This document shows, piece by piece, positions 23,221 to 36,555 of a stretch of 64,000 bases of DNA. The stretch spans positions 4,772 to 68,771 of the forward strand of contig NIVC01003936.1 of the NCBI GenBank assembly GCA_002269645.1, in the 5' to 3' direction. A model generated the notes under the pieces. It worked only from the letters and a program-made list of their open reading frames with translations. It had not been told where the DNA came from and did no database searches. This stretch comes from Macrostomum lignano (taxonomy: Eukaryota). The stretch's first letter is position 1. Each line of letters opens with the position of its first letter. The position numbers and the translations under genes were made by a program.

Positions 23221-23702
23221 TCCAACGGATGGGCTCCTGCAGGTAACTTAGCAGGCAGGGTCCCAACCTGCAGATGCTGCTGTGGTACAAGCTTAAAGGC
23301 TGGACCAGCGTCTGTGCCTGCTGAAAATCCAGAACCAGTGCATCTGGATTCCAACACAAAAGGACATTTTTTTACCAGTATCCAGGTTTCAATGACCGCC
23401 CCTCAGCTCCCCTCCCCCAGCCCTTTGAGATTCTTACAGGTGCCGGGATGCAGTCACGGCAAAGACCTTCTGATGCAGTACGTCCAGCGAGACCTTGGCC
23501 ATCTGACAGTGCAGTTTATAAATTATAAGTATAAATTATAAACATTATGCGCTGATAGATTTGAAACCAGTATCTATGCTAAAAAAATCAAACTGATTGT
23601 GCTACTTGCTAGTAGTAGGATCACTCTACTCAGTGGTCCTTGTTACTTGATTTAGTGGGTAGTGCTAACTGCAGTAAAGGGAAGAGTTTCTTGTTTTACT
23701 AA

Positions 23703-24490
23703 TCAACGCGTGGGTCGACGCCAACCGGAGAAGCGGCTCAGCGTGCTTGGCTAAGCCGTCGATCTCGCCCTGCTGTCCTCGATCGTCGTGGGCGCCCAGC
23801 GCCAGCTGGACTGGCTGGTGAGCGTTGTGGCGAGCGTCGGCCTGGTGATCAACACACAGAAGATCGTCGTGCTTTGCGTGCCGGACGACATCGAGGCTGC
23901 AATTTTCTGCCGAGGCGCCGACGGACAGGTGACGAAGCTTCCGTGCTGTCAGCAGTTCGTCTACCTCGGCGGTCTGGTGCCTGACGTTCGCGAGGATCTG
24001 CGACGTCGCCGTGGACTTGCCTGGGCTGCCTTTCGTTCCGTGAGGGCGGCGTTGTTCCAGGCGGTAATCGTGACCGTCCTGTTGTACAACGCCAAGACCT
24101 GGACGCTGACGACTGAACAGCTGGTCGATGCGGCGCACGCTTGCCTGCTGCACGCACATCACCAATGCGGCACTCTATCGCCGCACCGGCCTGTCCCGTC
24201 CCAGCGAACTGTTGCGCCGTCGGCGACTCCAGCTGGCAGCCCATTTCATCCAAGCCGAGTCGCACTGCCCGCAGCCGGTGCAGGAGGTGCTGCTGCTGAC
24301 GCTGCAGGCACCCTACCGGCGGGGGCAGGCGCGGGTACTCGGCGTTTCATCGACTGCCTGCTGGCTGATGCCGGCGCCCCAGACACTGCTGGCGTGTGGT
24401 CTACGTTCGCGCCCAGGCCTTGAAACGCCCTGTATAACGTCTGCTGACTGACTTTTTGTATTTTGGCATTTTGTTTTTGTTGTTGTTGTA
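23703..24490 (+). mobile_element. Decayed RTE LINE 3' fragment, copy 2
   Basis: Homologous to copy 1 (QQFVYLGGLVPD, LLYNAKTW) with deletions and frameshifts; TTG-rich tail at ~24470-24490. Confidence 0.9.
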
Positions 24491-24914
24491 TAGTAGACCA
24501 CTAAAATTAGTTGTCTATATATCTGTGACCAGCTGTTGAAGCCCGCGGATTTTAAACCCGCTGAATTATAATCCCCGAAATCATTTTTTGCATGCACTCT
24601 AAAATCTGAAGTTATACTCAAACAGAACGTGTTAAAAGTTTGGGTGGGGCGGATACCGGTACAAAACTTAAAGTACATTTTAAATAGAAAGAATAGAATC
24701 TAGGACTCCGCAAACAATTACAGCATCAGTCAGGACAGTGCAGTTGTCTAACTGAGTAATTTTTGAAGTAAGGAAACGGAAATGAGATAAATTTGTAGCT
24801 TTTGAGTAAAACAAGAAGCGATAGTAACTGCTGCCCGCCCCCATCAGCTGGCAGAGCATGTGGCGCCCCTTGCCAGTAGGTATAGCGCCCCGTCTTTTCG
24901 GCTTGGTGCCGTTT

Positions 24915-25275
24915 CTCTCGTTTCTACTCTCTCATCTTTTCTCTCTACTCTCCTCTCAATTCTTTTTCCTCTTCCCTCCTTCTCCTCTCTAATCTATCCT
25001 CTCCTCTCTCCTCTCTAATTTCTTCTCTCTTCTCTCTTCTCTCGGCTCTCATCTCTTATCTCTCCTATCTTCTCTCTACTCCGTCCTTACTCCTCTCTCC
25101 TCTCCTCTGCTCTCATTTCTCATCTCTTATCTCTTTTTCTCCTATCTTCTCTTTACTCTCTCCTCGATCTCTTCTTTCTCCTCTCTTCTCTCTACTCTTT
25201 CCTCTCTTCTCTCTCTCCTCTTTACTTTCTCTTCTTTCTCATCCGTCCTCTCTCTTCTCTCTCCTCTTTCATACT
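24915..25275. repeat. CT-rich low-complexity tract
   Basis: Almost pure pyrimidine on the + strand. Confidence 0.9.
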
Positions 25276-26218
25276 CTCAAATTTCAAAATTCTAGTTGAA
25301 TTATATTATTTTAGTGCCAAATTTGAAGTGGTAAAAGACACAAATTGGAGCAACGCTATGGAGAATTTATTGATAAATTGCACTCTCAAAAGCTTTTTGC
25401 CCTTTTAGGTAGGAAGTCTTGAAAATTTTACGGTAGCTTAAGACATTGTCCGTAGTGACGATCGGGTTTAGGGTGGGGTGTAAAATTAAGCGGTTTGGTA
25501 CAGAGTTTTCATTTTATAGTTAGAGATAGATTTCAGAAGAAAAAACCCATAGACCTATTCCTATATATCCATTTAGCCCTTCAGATCGGGCTACAATTAG
25601 AAAAAACTTTTAGCATAATTCAAGCCACTGAAACACGTAAAGACAAAAGATCAACTAGCTTTACAGAAAGTTATTTGAGCAAATATTAAACTTAAGATTT
25701 TTTATTAAGAGCCGTACAAAGTGAAAAATAAAATTTTATTTTAAAACTTATTTATAACTGTGTTAAAAAAAGTAAGAATAACAATTTTTTTTCGAAATAC
25801 GATTCACTAAGTTTTTCACTTTTCAGAAAAATTCGCAACTTTGCGACGTCGCAAAATCGCAAAAAACCTGCAACTGCAGGCATGCAGTAGCAGCAGTTTA
25901 GTTAAGAAACGGTATACTTGTTTATCTGGTTCCATTCAAGTTTAGGTGCTTATTTGCTTATTAATATTATTAAGCTTGAATTTTGAAGAATTCCAACTAG
26001 GCAACAAATGAACGAGTGGCGACTGGCGACGTGGCGAGCTTAGTCAGATGTTGGATGAGCCTAGGCAGCCAAAGTAATAATATATATTATTTCTAATAAA
26101 TAGGACGAGGCCATTATAGTATTTTAATGTTTATAATTGCCAGCTGAGCATTTGCCAAATATTTTGCATTTGTTGGCTATAGTATCTACACATTCTAGTC
26201 TAGACCTATTTATTTAAG

Positions 26219-26653
26219 GCAGTTGTTATTGTTACGGTGACCATATAAATAGCGAGAGGGTTATTTTTACAGTTAACACTTAAAACAAATATCATCTAAA
26301 TGAAGTGACAAACTTGCTGTGCAAATACTATGATAGACGTGATGGTTAAATTTAAAAAATAAAGAATTATTTTATTAATAAATACAATGGTAGGCCTAAC
26401 TTCTAGTGGTTCTTGTCATGGTAGCTTACTGTAGGTAATTGTTAATTATTGCCTTGTAATTTAACAGAAATTTCTTCCACATGACCATAAAAATAGCCAT
26501 TTTGCTTCCTACCTATGGTGACCATAAAAATAACAGTTTTGTTTTTTATATGGTTACATTAGTAAAGACCATAGGCCTGGATAGTGTCTTATGCATTAAT
26601 GGTAAAAATAACCATTTTGTTATTTATATGGTCACCATAACAATAACAACTGC
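26219..26653. mobile_element. AT-rich ~435-bp MITE-like element with ~65-bp imperfect TIRs
   Basis: GCAGTTGTTATTGTTACGGTGACCATATAAATA... is inverted at 26585-26653; no TSD recognised. Confidence 0.7.
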
Positions 26654-26707
26654 TAGAATAGTTTTGGTTCCAGTATTTTTTAATTAGAAAAATTATAAAT
26701 ATATAAA

Positions 26708-28716
26708 TAGGGACTCCAGTGAGGTTACCGTAAAGCTGATAATTACACGAAAAATCGTAAAATAATGTTTTTTTAAAAATGAAATTGCCATGCATAGAAA
26801 ATGTTTATAGTAAAAACAAAATATACATGTTAAAGAAGAGTTTCTATTCTTTTTAATGAGATAAAGAAACAAAAAATATATACATTGTATGCCGAGTAAT
26901 GTCCCACTGAACTTCGTCTTTTTTTTAATACACTCGTTTTGTTGCCAAAAAAAGTGACTTTCGAAAGTTCGTTTTTTTGTTGGAAAGCAATTATTTTAAC
27001 AAAATATAACTATTTATTGATACAAACAACTATATTTACAAACATTTTTTGACATTTTGAGCAGAAATTTTTTTTCTTTTCTCCCCATTTAGACAGTATA
27101 AAAAAATTAAAGTTGAATAAAAATCGTACCCGCATTTCCGAAGCTTAGTAAAACCCGGAAATGAATGCTACTCCGTAATATGATTACATTAAAAAAAACC
27201 GCACATGTCTATCTACATCCGCCAAAAAGTTATTGAAGCCTGTTTTTTGCCTATCTCTTCAGTGTAAAATAGACGGATAAAACAGAAAATTTAAATTTTT
27301 TTCTAGCAGTAATTTCCGAAGACTATTCTTCTACTGCATTTAATAGAGGAACTTATAGGAATTCTTCACAGCACTTTTATATCTTTCCACATACATCCGC
27401 CGAGGAGCAGCAGCAATGTTTGCTTTTTAGTAGCGATACTACTTACATACTACTTATATAAAAAGTGGCTTATTATGGCTTTTCTTCACCAAAAAGAAGA
27501 CGTTTTACCATTGCAAATTAGTTTTGAAGGCAAAATAATACAAATAAATGTATGCTTTAGCTTATTGAGCTATAGCAATTGCAATCCCAATAAATGACCC
27601 CTTGAATGCACGTAACCTTGGTCTGCAATTCAAACTCCCATAAAAATGAACTGAATTTCATAAGAAATTGTGTTTTTTCCATTTGTAAGTTTAATAAGCA
27701 ACTTCACAATATACAATTTTAAGTACAATATATTTTTAAATACTTCTTTACACTTGTTTACAGAAATGTTCATTGGTAACTTTATTCACAATATACAATT
27801 TTACAATAAGGATAGGCTCAATCAAAAAATATACAAGACAATAGTATCAACAATTATTTACCTATATATGTTTTACAGTTAAAAAGCAAAGCAGACAATA
27901 TACATTATGTGTGTAAAGACAATAAGCATTAAATATATGCTAACTTCAGTCTTCAGTTGCAGCTACTCAACAAGCAATAATATTGGAAAAAAAAGAACAA
28001 GAGCTTTTAAATAAACCAAAGTACACAAAAAAAACATTTTCATATGTTTTTCATTAAAAAAACAAATCAAACTTTATATATATTCATTAGTCTAAAAAAT
28101 ATAATCATTCAAAGTTGAAAAATGTGCAATTTTAAGATATGCTATCAAGTTCCAGTAGCAAAAAAGTCACAAAATTGGTGAATTTTTTAACCTTTGTCAA
28201 TATATAGGAAAAATTGGTATAAAAATATATACTTTTGTATGTTGTGGAGTAAACAAATAAAAAAGATTTCAGAAAAAGCAATTAACTTTTAAATAATAGT
28301 CATTTGAAAATTTAATTTTGCTCTATTTTTGATATGCATTTTTCACTTTTAAAAAATTCAAATGCAAACCCCAAGAAAGATACATTAGAAAGAATAAAAA
28401 CAATTTGTTAATCTTATGTAGAACTGCTTGGTCTTTAAAATGATACCAGACTCAATATTGTATGTTGAATAGCAAAAAAGATATGACAACAAAAAGTGAA
28501 AAATTTTGTTTTCGTACATCTAATGGCAACAATCTATAATGTATTTTTCCTATCTAAAAAACGTAATTTTTTGGGCACAAAAAATGCTATAACTTTTTTA
28601 TTACTCAACTAAATTTAATAAGTGAAGCCATTTTGTGATGCTGTTATTGTCCTCTATCAGATACATATCTGAAAATATATAAATTTTAAAGTTTCAAAAT
28701 CTCACTGGAGTCCCTA
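26708..28716. mobile_element. ~2-kb AT-rich non-autonomous TIR element (TAGGG termini, hAT-like)
   Basis: Perfect 16-bp TIR TAGGGACTCCAGTGAG / CTCACTGGAGTCCCTA; ATATAAA on both flanks; no long ORF. Confidence 0.75.
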
Positions 28717-30194
28717 ATATAAATATATAATTTGCATTTCATTGCGTAAGTCTTCTTGCGTAAGGCAAGAAATAAAGAAATGTGAGGGGTTGTTTAGTTT
28801 GATTTAGATTTAGAATTTTTGGCTAGACTATGTAGCTCAGGCTTTTTGACTAGACTAGAGTTTGGACATGAAGCTAGCTAGAGCTAGAGTGAAGAAGAGA
28901 AGGGTGATTTACTAATGTACATTGGCGCTTTGTTTGTGTCCAACTTTCTCTACACCTGCTCTTATTGGACAAGCCATTTCTCCCCCTTTTAACCAAATCC
29001 CACGACCTTAGCTATGCCAACAACCCCATGAGCCAAGCCATGCCAACAACCCCATAGTTAAAACTGATATAGGAATTACAGAGTGAAAGCCATGGAGAGG
29101 GGGTTGAATGTTTTAACACAAAAATCAATTTGCAGGCCACTTTTACATTGTTAGATATGACACTCATAGTAAGAGTGCTGCGGGCCAGATCTTTCCTGCA
29201 GGCCGGAGTTTGCCAACCCCTACTGTAAAGTATATAATAGGCCTAATGCAATCAAACATATTGTAAAAGAATGTGCATTACATTATCTCAGTCTATGAGC
29301 TGCAATATTTTAAATTATTTTTTATATGTGATTCAGTTATAACTTAATGAGGTGCTATTTTCAACTTCTGTGTCCCATATTTAGGTCTTATTTAGACCTA
29401 AAATAAAGATCACCCAAGATTTCAAAGATCTTCAAAAAGATGTACCATTTTTGACTTCCAGTCTTAAAACAGTGATTACAGGGAGGGTGGTATAGTGGCA
29501 ACCCCATTTGGATAACCTAACCGTATTTCTTTGCCTAACCAAAGAAGCCTATATCCTTGGTTGGTAGAATAGTGTTGTAAATCTATTGTTATTGGTAGAA
29601 TATAAATTTTAAATATGGTATAAGGCTTGATATATATGCATTCAATCTAATATACCTATCTATGCATTGACCTCATTCTAATTTAATAAATGAGCATAAA
29701 GCAACATGTTATAATTAGATAAACAGATGCTAAAATTATGCTAATAAACAATATTTAATATCATTTTTTGATATACTGATATCTTTAATTGAAGTTCTCA
29801 AACTATACACTGCAAATTCTACTTCAAGTAATTACTAAAACGGTTAGACTGGCACTTTGAGCTAGTTTTAATTTTAAAAAAGAAATTACCAATTTATAAA
29901 CTTCGATAGATACCATACTTAATCTTTTAAATCTATAAGTTCCATAGCTTCAACTATATTTCTACTATAATTTTATTCACATATTTATTTTTTGATGTCG
30001 TTTGAAGTGGCTTCAACGCCCTAGCACCTGACATTGAATATGTCGTTAAGTGAGTTCTAGTTTTCCTTCTGCCCCATAATGTACTGCTAGCTCTGCTGCT
30101 TGCTAAGATTTTGTATTGCTGTTTTAGAAATTGTCTGAGGTCATTTAATAGTTCTTTGTGCGAATCAAAGTTTTGTGCTTCACTTAGAATCGCT

Positions 30195-31085
30195 TTCAAT
30201 CTGACCCTGAGACTCACCTTCAACCTGATCCTGAGAATCAGTCTCAACCTGACCCCGAGAATCTCCCTCAACCTGACCCCGAGAATCTCCCTCAACCTGA
30301 CCCCGAGAATCTCCCTCAACCTGACTCTGAGAATCGGTCTCAACTTGACCCCGAGAATCTCCCTCAACCTGACCCCGAGAATCTCCCTCAACCTGACCCC
30401 GAGAATCTCCCTCAACCTGACCCTGAGAATCTCCCTCAACCTGACCCCGAGAATCTCCCTCAACCTGACCCCGAGAATCTCCCTCAACCTGACCCCGAGA
30501 ATCTCCCTCAACCTGACCCTGAGAATCGGTCTCAACTTGACCCCGAGAATCTCCCTCAACCTGACCCTGAGAATCGGTCTCAACTTGACCCCGAGAATCT
30601 CCCTCAACCTGACCCCGAGAATCTCCCTCAACCTGACCCTGAGAATCGGTCTCAACTTGACCCCGAGAATCTCCCTCAACCTGACCCCGAGAATCTCCCT
30701 CAACCTGACCCCGAGAATCTCCCTCAACCTGACCCTGAGAATCGGTCTCAACTTGACCCCGAGAATCTCCCTCAACCTGACCCCGAGAATCTCCCTCAAC
30801 CTGACCCCGAGAATCTCTCTCAACCTGACCCCGAGAATCTCCCTCAACCTGACTCTGAGAATCGGTCTCAACTTGACCCCGAGAATCTCCCTCAACCTGA
30901 CCCCGAGAATCTCCCTCAACCTGACCCCGAGAATCTCCCTCAACCTGACCCTGAGAATCTCCCTCAACCTGACCCCGAGAATCTCCCTCAACCTCACCCC
31001 GAGAATCCCCCTCAACTGACCCCGAGAATCCCCCTCAACCTGACCCCGAGAATCTTCCTCAACCTGACCCCGAGAATCTCCGCCA
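30195..31085. repeat. 24-bp minisatellite, ~37 copies, ending ~15 nt before the GW182 splice acceptor
   Basis: Unit AACCTGACCCCGAGAATCTCCCTC with interspersed variant AACCTGACCCTGAGAATCGGTCTC. Confidence 0.95.
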
Positions 31086-31101
31086 ACCCTCTCTCCGCCA
31101 G

Positions 31102-34100
31102 GAAACGGAGCCGACAACGGCAACAGCGGCGGCAACGGCGGCTCCGGCGGCGGCTTCGGCAGCAGCAGCGTGTGGGCGCCAACCAGCGTCTCTGGCAGCG
31201 GCTGGAACTCCGAAGTGACCACCTCAGCGGCCGGCTCTTCCACCGGAGCCGATGCGGCCAGCCTGAAGGCGGGCGATGAGCCCGGCAAGGACGCCTGGCC
31301 GCAGCTGGACGGCGCCGCGGTCATCACCACGGCATCGATCGTCGACTCCGCCAATTCAACAGCTGACTCTTCTCAGCAGCAGCCGAGGTCCGCTGGCGGT
31401 GGAAGCGCCTGGGGCGGGGGAGTCGGCGACTCAGCCGGCGGCGGCTGGGATGCCACTAGCGCGGTATCGCCAACCTCAGACACGGCCAAGTCAGTTGGCG
31501 GGGCGATGGCTTCTTCTTCGACTGCGCCGCCGCCGCCGCTGTCCTCACAGGCGGGCGTCTGGTCCTCGGCGGGGCTCGGCGGCGCCGCGTCCATCTGGGG
31601 CACCGGGCCGCAGGCCGGAGACTCCGCCGCAGCTTCTGTGTCGTCGCCGACCACGCCAGCTGGCTCCATGGAGGCGGCCTGGATGTCCGGCGCCGGCTGG
31701 AAGCCCGCCGCTGTCCCGGGGCCCGCCGGCGCTCCGGCTGATGACTTCGGCAACCTGCAGCAGCAGCTCGGCCAGCAGCAGCAGCTTCCACAGCCGCCGG
31801 CCGCTTCTGGCGGGCCAGCCATGCCTGACGATCCGTCGGCTTCGGGCGGCGGCCAGGTTTTCGATGCCATCGTGAACAGCAACGATGGCTGGGGCAGCCG
31901 GCCGATCAACCAGACGACTCCCTGGGACCTCGGTGCCAGCGACGCGGCCGCGGCCACCGCCTCGATGAGGCCCGGCGAGAGCCTGGTGTGGAACCAGGAG
32001 CCCAACAACGGAACGGCTATCTGGGAGACGTACTACGAGAGCCGCGGCGAGCGGCCCGGCCGCTGGGATCGCGGCCAGCAGCAGCCGCCGCCTTCCAGCA
32101 TGGACGCCTTCCAGACTGGCGGACAGCCGCCCTGGACCGGCGGCTGGAACAGCGCCGAGGCGGACGAGCCGTGGTCGGGGCTGGGCGGTCACCAGGGCGT
32201 GCCGCCCATGATGCCGCACCCCAAGATGCACCAGCAGCCGCATCACCAGCAGCCGCCACCGCTGTCGGGCGGGCAGCCGCACAGCAAGCCGGAGATGCGG
32301 GCCACCCTCATCAGGCAGCTAGTGGAGTACGGGTTCAGCAGGGAGGAGGCCACCCAGGCTCTCATCAACAACAACATGAGTCTGGAGGGCGCCATGAACG
32401 AATTGCGGGCCGGCCTCGGTGGCGGTGGTGGCGGCGGAAGCCACCCGCACCAGCAGCGAGCTGCCGCTGCCGTTGCCGCCGCCGCTGCAGCCGCTGCCGC
32501 TGGCGGCTACCCTCCAAGCGGCGGAGGCGGCGGCGGCAGTGGTCGCGGTGGGGCTCCGCCGCCCCAAATGCGAGATCAAATCATGCGGCAGCTGCAGGCC
32601 GTGGTGCACCGCGGCATGATGGTGGGGCCGCCGCCGCTTCAGCAACAACAGCAGCAGCAGCAGCAGCAGATGGCGCCAGCAGTGCAGCAGGATGCCAAGC
32701 TAATGCAGCAGCAGCTCATGGTTGGCCAGAACCAGCTGAACCTGCTGACCAACCAGCAGCAGAAGCTGGTAGCAGCGATGCGACAGCAGGGCCAGATGAG
32801 CCCCATGTACGCTCAGCACGCCAGCCAGCTTCAGGAGCTGGTGGTCAAGTCCAACCAGCTCAAAACCAACATGCACCAGATCACCCAGCAGCTGCGCGCC
32901 ATGGAGCTCGGCGGTGGCGGAGGCGCCAGCGGACCCGACGGGCGCGCACTCGCTCCCGGCATGCCTCCGATGGGCCAGCAGCAGCAACAGCCGCCGCCTG
33001 CGCCGCCGCAGTCGCAGTCCCGCTTTGAGGCCTGGAGCGGCGGGCTGCGTGGGGACGAGCAGCGGGCGCCCGGCCAGCAGCAGCAGTCGCAGCTGCATGC
33101 CAGCCTGTCCAACCCCAACCTGATGGGCGGCCCGCACCCAGCCTTCCACCGGTCCATGTCGGAGATTGCGCCAGGAGGCGGCGCGAATCGGGGCGCCGGC
33201 GCCGGCGGAATTCCCGGCGTCATGGACGGCATCCCGGAGTTCGTGCCGGGCCAGCCGTGGGCTGGTGGCGTGGCCGGAGTCGGTGAGCTGTGGGCTCGCT
33301 GATATGACTACTTGGAGTAGATGGAGCTAAATCGGGAGTCCACGAGCGTATATTTAGATAACATATTCGCTTTTTAACTAGTGTGATCCACTCTCCCTTG
33401 GCTGCTGACCCATCTCACTTTTCACATTTCCCACTAGCTCCTGACTCATCTCTTTCTGGCTCCTGACCCATTTCCCTTTGGCTCCTAACCCATCTCTTCC
33501 AGGCTTCTGACCCATTTCCCACTGGCTTCCGACCCATTTCCCATTTCTGACCCATTGACCCATTTCCACTAGCTCCCGACCCATCTGTTCCTGGCTCCTG
33601 ACCCATTTCCCACTAGCTCCTGACCCATCTCTCCCTGGCTCCTGACCCATTTCCCTTTGGCTCCTAACCCATCTCTTCCAGGCTTCTGACCCATTTCCCA
33701 TTTCTGACCCATTGACCCATTTCCACTAGCTCCTGACCCATCTCTCCCTGGCTCCTGTCCCATTTCCCACTGGCTCCTAACCCATCTCTTCCTGGCTTCT
33801 GACCAATTTCCGACTGGTTTCTGACCCATTTCCCATTTCTGACCCATTGAGGCATTTCCACTAGCTCCTGACCCATCTCTCCCTGGCTCCTGTCCCATTT
33901 CCCACTGGCTCCTAACCCATCTCTTCCTGGCTTCTGACCAATTTCCGACTGGTTTCTGACTCATTTCCCATTTCTGACCCATTGACCCATTTCCCACCGG
34001 CTTCTGACCCATTTCCCATTTCCCATTGGCTTCTGACCCATTTCCCACCGGCTTCTGACCCATTTTCCATTTCCCCATTTTCCATTTCCCATTGGCTTCT

Positions 34101-34967
34101 GACCCATTTCCCACCGGCTTCTGACCCATTTTCCATTTCCCCATTTTCCATTTCCCATTGGCTTCTGACCCATTTCCCATTTCCCATTTCTGACCCATTG
34201 ACCCATTTCCCACTGGCTTCTTCTGACCCTTTTTTCCACTGGCTTCTAACCCATCTCTTCCTGCCTCCTGACCTGTTTTCCCTGGCTCCTGACACTATCT
34301 TGCAAAGGTTTTCCCTTAAATAAATGGAAGCCTATATTTCGCATAGTACTACAATAACTGGACAGTAGTTTGGTCGAAAGTTTCTCCTATTTAATATTAA
34401 CGCAGCCCTGCTTCCATCTCCTATTCTGCTCTCTTTGCAGGCGGCGCCGGCGGAGTCGGTCGCGACGTCGATATCTCGTTTGGTCAAGGCGGCGGCGGCG
34501 CAGGCGCTGGTGGTGCGGTTGGCGGCGGCCTGTTCTCCGTCAGCCACGAGTCGCTGGAGCAGCACCTTGGTGGCGGCTCTCGCACCCGCGGCGCCGGCGG
34601 CGGCAGCGGCGGCGGCGGCGGAGTCTGGCAGCAGCCGAGCATGGGCGGCCAGCGCTGCTGCCTGTTCATGCGCCAGCTCAGCCCGCAGCTCAACCGGGAT
34701 GTGCTGAACAAAATCTGCACCCAGCAGGGCCGGGTTCACCGCCTGCAGGTGCACCCCGCCAACCTGTGGGCGCTGATCCAGTTCAGCTCGCATGACGAAG
34801 CGGACAAGGCTCACAAGAACTTGCTGAGTCTGGCCCAGCAGCTGACCCTCGCCACCGTCCAGGAGGCTGAGCGCCTCATCCAGATGGACTCGGCACCGGC
34901 CCCTGGCGGCTGGAGCGGCGGCGGCGGCGGCTCGGCTGGTGTCTGGCCGGACATGGACCCGATTTGA
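31102..34967 (+). CDS. GW182: GW182/TNRC6 miRNA-silencing scaffold (exons 31102-33282 and 34441-34967; first coding exon not located)
   Basis: Many GW/WG repeats; IVNSNDGWGSRPINQTTPWD and NNGTAIW motifs; UBA-like LIRQLVEYGFSREEATQALINNNMSLEGAMNEL; Q-rich region; PAM2-like IPEFVPGQPW; C-terminal RRM (RQLSPQL...LCTQQG...ALIQFSSHDEADKA). Phase-1 GT-AG intron 33283-34440. Confidence 0.9.
33390..34290. repeat. Compound CTGACCCATTTCCC-based minisatellite filling the GW182 intron
   Basis: Dozens of ~11-22-bp units plus larger duplicated blocks. Confidence 0.9.
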
Positions 34968-36334
34968 GGCCCGGGCCGCCCTGCCGACTCACTCTGTCAC
35001 GTGACTTGTTCTCTGCTAATGCTGGGCTCAGTTTTGAATTAGCGCCTAGGAAAAGAAATCTGGAAGTACTTTTAACTAGTTTCTATTAGTTTTCTTAGAA
35101 CTTCAGACATAGGCACCTAATTTGTAGTTTTGGCGCGAGTTTAAATTGTGAGCACGTGACCGCCGATGCTTCTGTTTTGTCTGCCCGTTCCTGACTGCTA
35201 ACTTGATCCAAAGCAATTTCTCTCGCACCGTCTGTTTAACCGGTTCCGACTGTTTCATTCTCTTTCAAATCATGATTTTTTATGAGCTGCGAGATTGCCC
35301 TAACAAACTTTTATTGGTGTGTTTCCATAGCAACTGTATAAACGCCTAGCAACCAGCCTCTTTCTCTATTTTCTAATCTAAGTTCTCAATTTCAATTAAT
35401 TAGTAGAACTTTTAGCTTGCAAGTGTCTGTATCCAAGGTAAACAAAACCGTTCTATGCTGAAAAGTTTCAGTTATTTTAGCTAGAAATATTAGCTCAGAA
35501 AGTCGCTTTGCCTCATTAGGCTTTTTAGTAATTTAATATTATTCTTTTTTACCTGTTGAACCGCCCCGGCACCGGCTTGTTCACTAGAAATCTGTCAGTC
35601 CGCAGGCCAATGCTTTCTCTGCCGCCCCCGCTCCAGTGTTTGAGCCAGACGTGTCTACCTTCCTTTTTGCAATCGGCCTCCAGTATAGCAACTGCGGCAG
35701 TAGTGCGTGCCGCTCGTCCATTAATTTTTCCCATTTTGCCTGAGTCCGATTTTACTGTGCAAGCCTCCGCCGCCCCGTACCTGCACTTGTTAACCCCAGC
35801 GTCAGTACCGTATCGCTACAGAGTCTTTCAGCTAGCAGAGTGCCGCCCGCTCACAGCCGGAGACAGACGGCAGACCAATGCCCGACTATTGTGTAGAGTT
35901 GAATCCCTGCCAACTGAGTTGCTGAGTATTTTTTACACCTGCGTTTCCACGTTTATTCATTCATAATTAAATAAGCTCTGCGTGCAGACTAAAATGCCAC
36001 AAAAACCGTCTGTGTTTCGTTAGCAGATGTGTGTCTCTTTTGTATCGGTAGTGCATTTCCTACCGGACTGTTTGGGCCTGCGTGCGACACTGCGGCTCTG
36101 GCTGCCCCCGTGAACAAAGACTAGCAATCTTAGTCCCTCCATGTTAAACGATAAAGGAAAGATTAAGAAATTAACATTTTTGAAAAATACTGCATTTAAA
36201 AGCCTTGTAGGATCACTATTGTCTTGTTAGAGGTTAGTGGGTTTAAAGTAGAGAAGCATTAGCCCTTAGAACAAAGACTAGTTCTAGAACTCGTCTTTGA
36301 CTAGCTAGTTCTTAATCGCTTTAGAACAAGACTA

Positions 36335-36555
36335 GTAGGCTTAGAGCACAATGGCAAATCGCTCTAGAACAAAGACTAGTTAGGCTTAGTGCACAATGGC
36401 AAATTGCTCTAGAACAAAGACTAGTTAGGCTTAGTGCACAATGGCAAATTGCTCTAGAACAAAGACTAGTTAGGCTTAGTGCACAATGGCAAATTGCTCT
36501 AGAACAAAGACTAGTTAGGCTTAGTGCAATGTCAAATCGCTCTAGAACAAAGACC
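36335..36555. repeat. 45-bp tandem repeat, ~4.5 copies
   Basis: CTCTAGAACAAAGACTAGTTAGGCTTAGTGCACAATGGCAAATTG. Confidence 0.9.

Noticed and set aside
24858-24879. ATG...G|GTATAG micro-exon as GW182 start
   Set aside because: Phase-compatible with the 31102 acceptor, but 22 nt with a weak donor is expected by chance.
29954-31354. 466-aa minus and 302-aa plus ORFs (LREILGVR / NLTPRISL repeats)
   Set aside because: Products of a 24-bp minisatellite. The non-repeat tail (LTTYSMSGARALKPL) is only faintly TE-domain-like and is unsupported.
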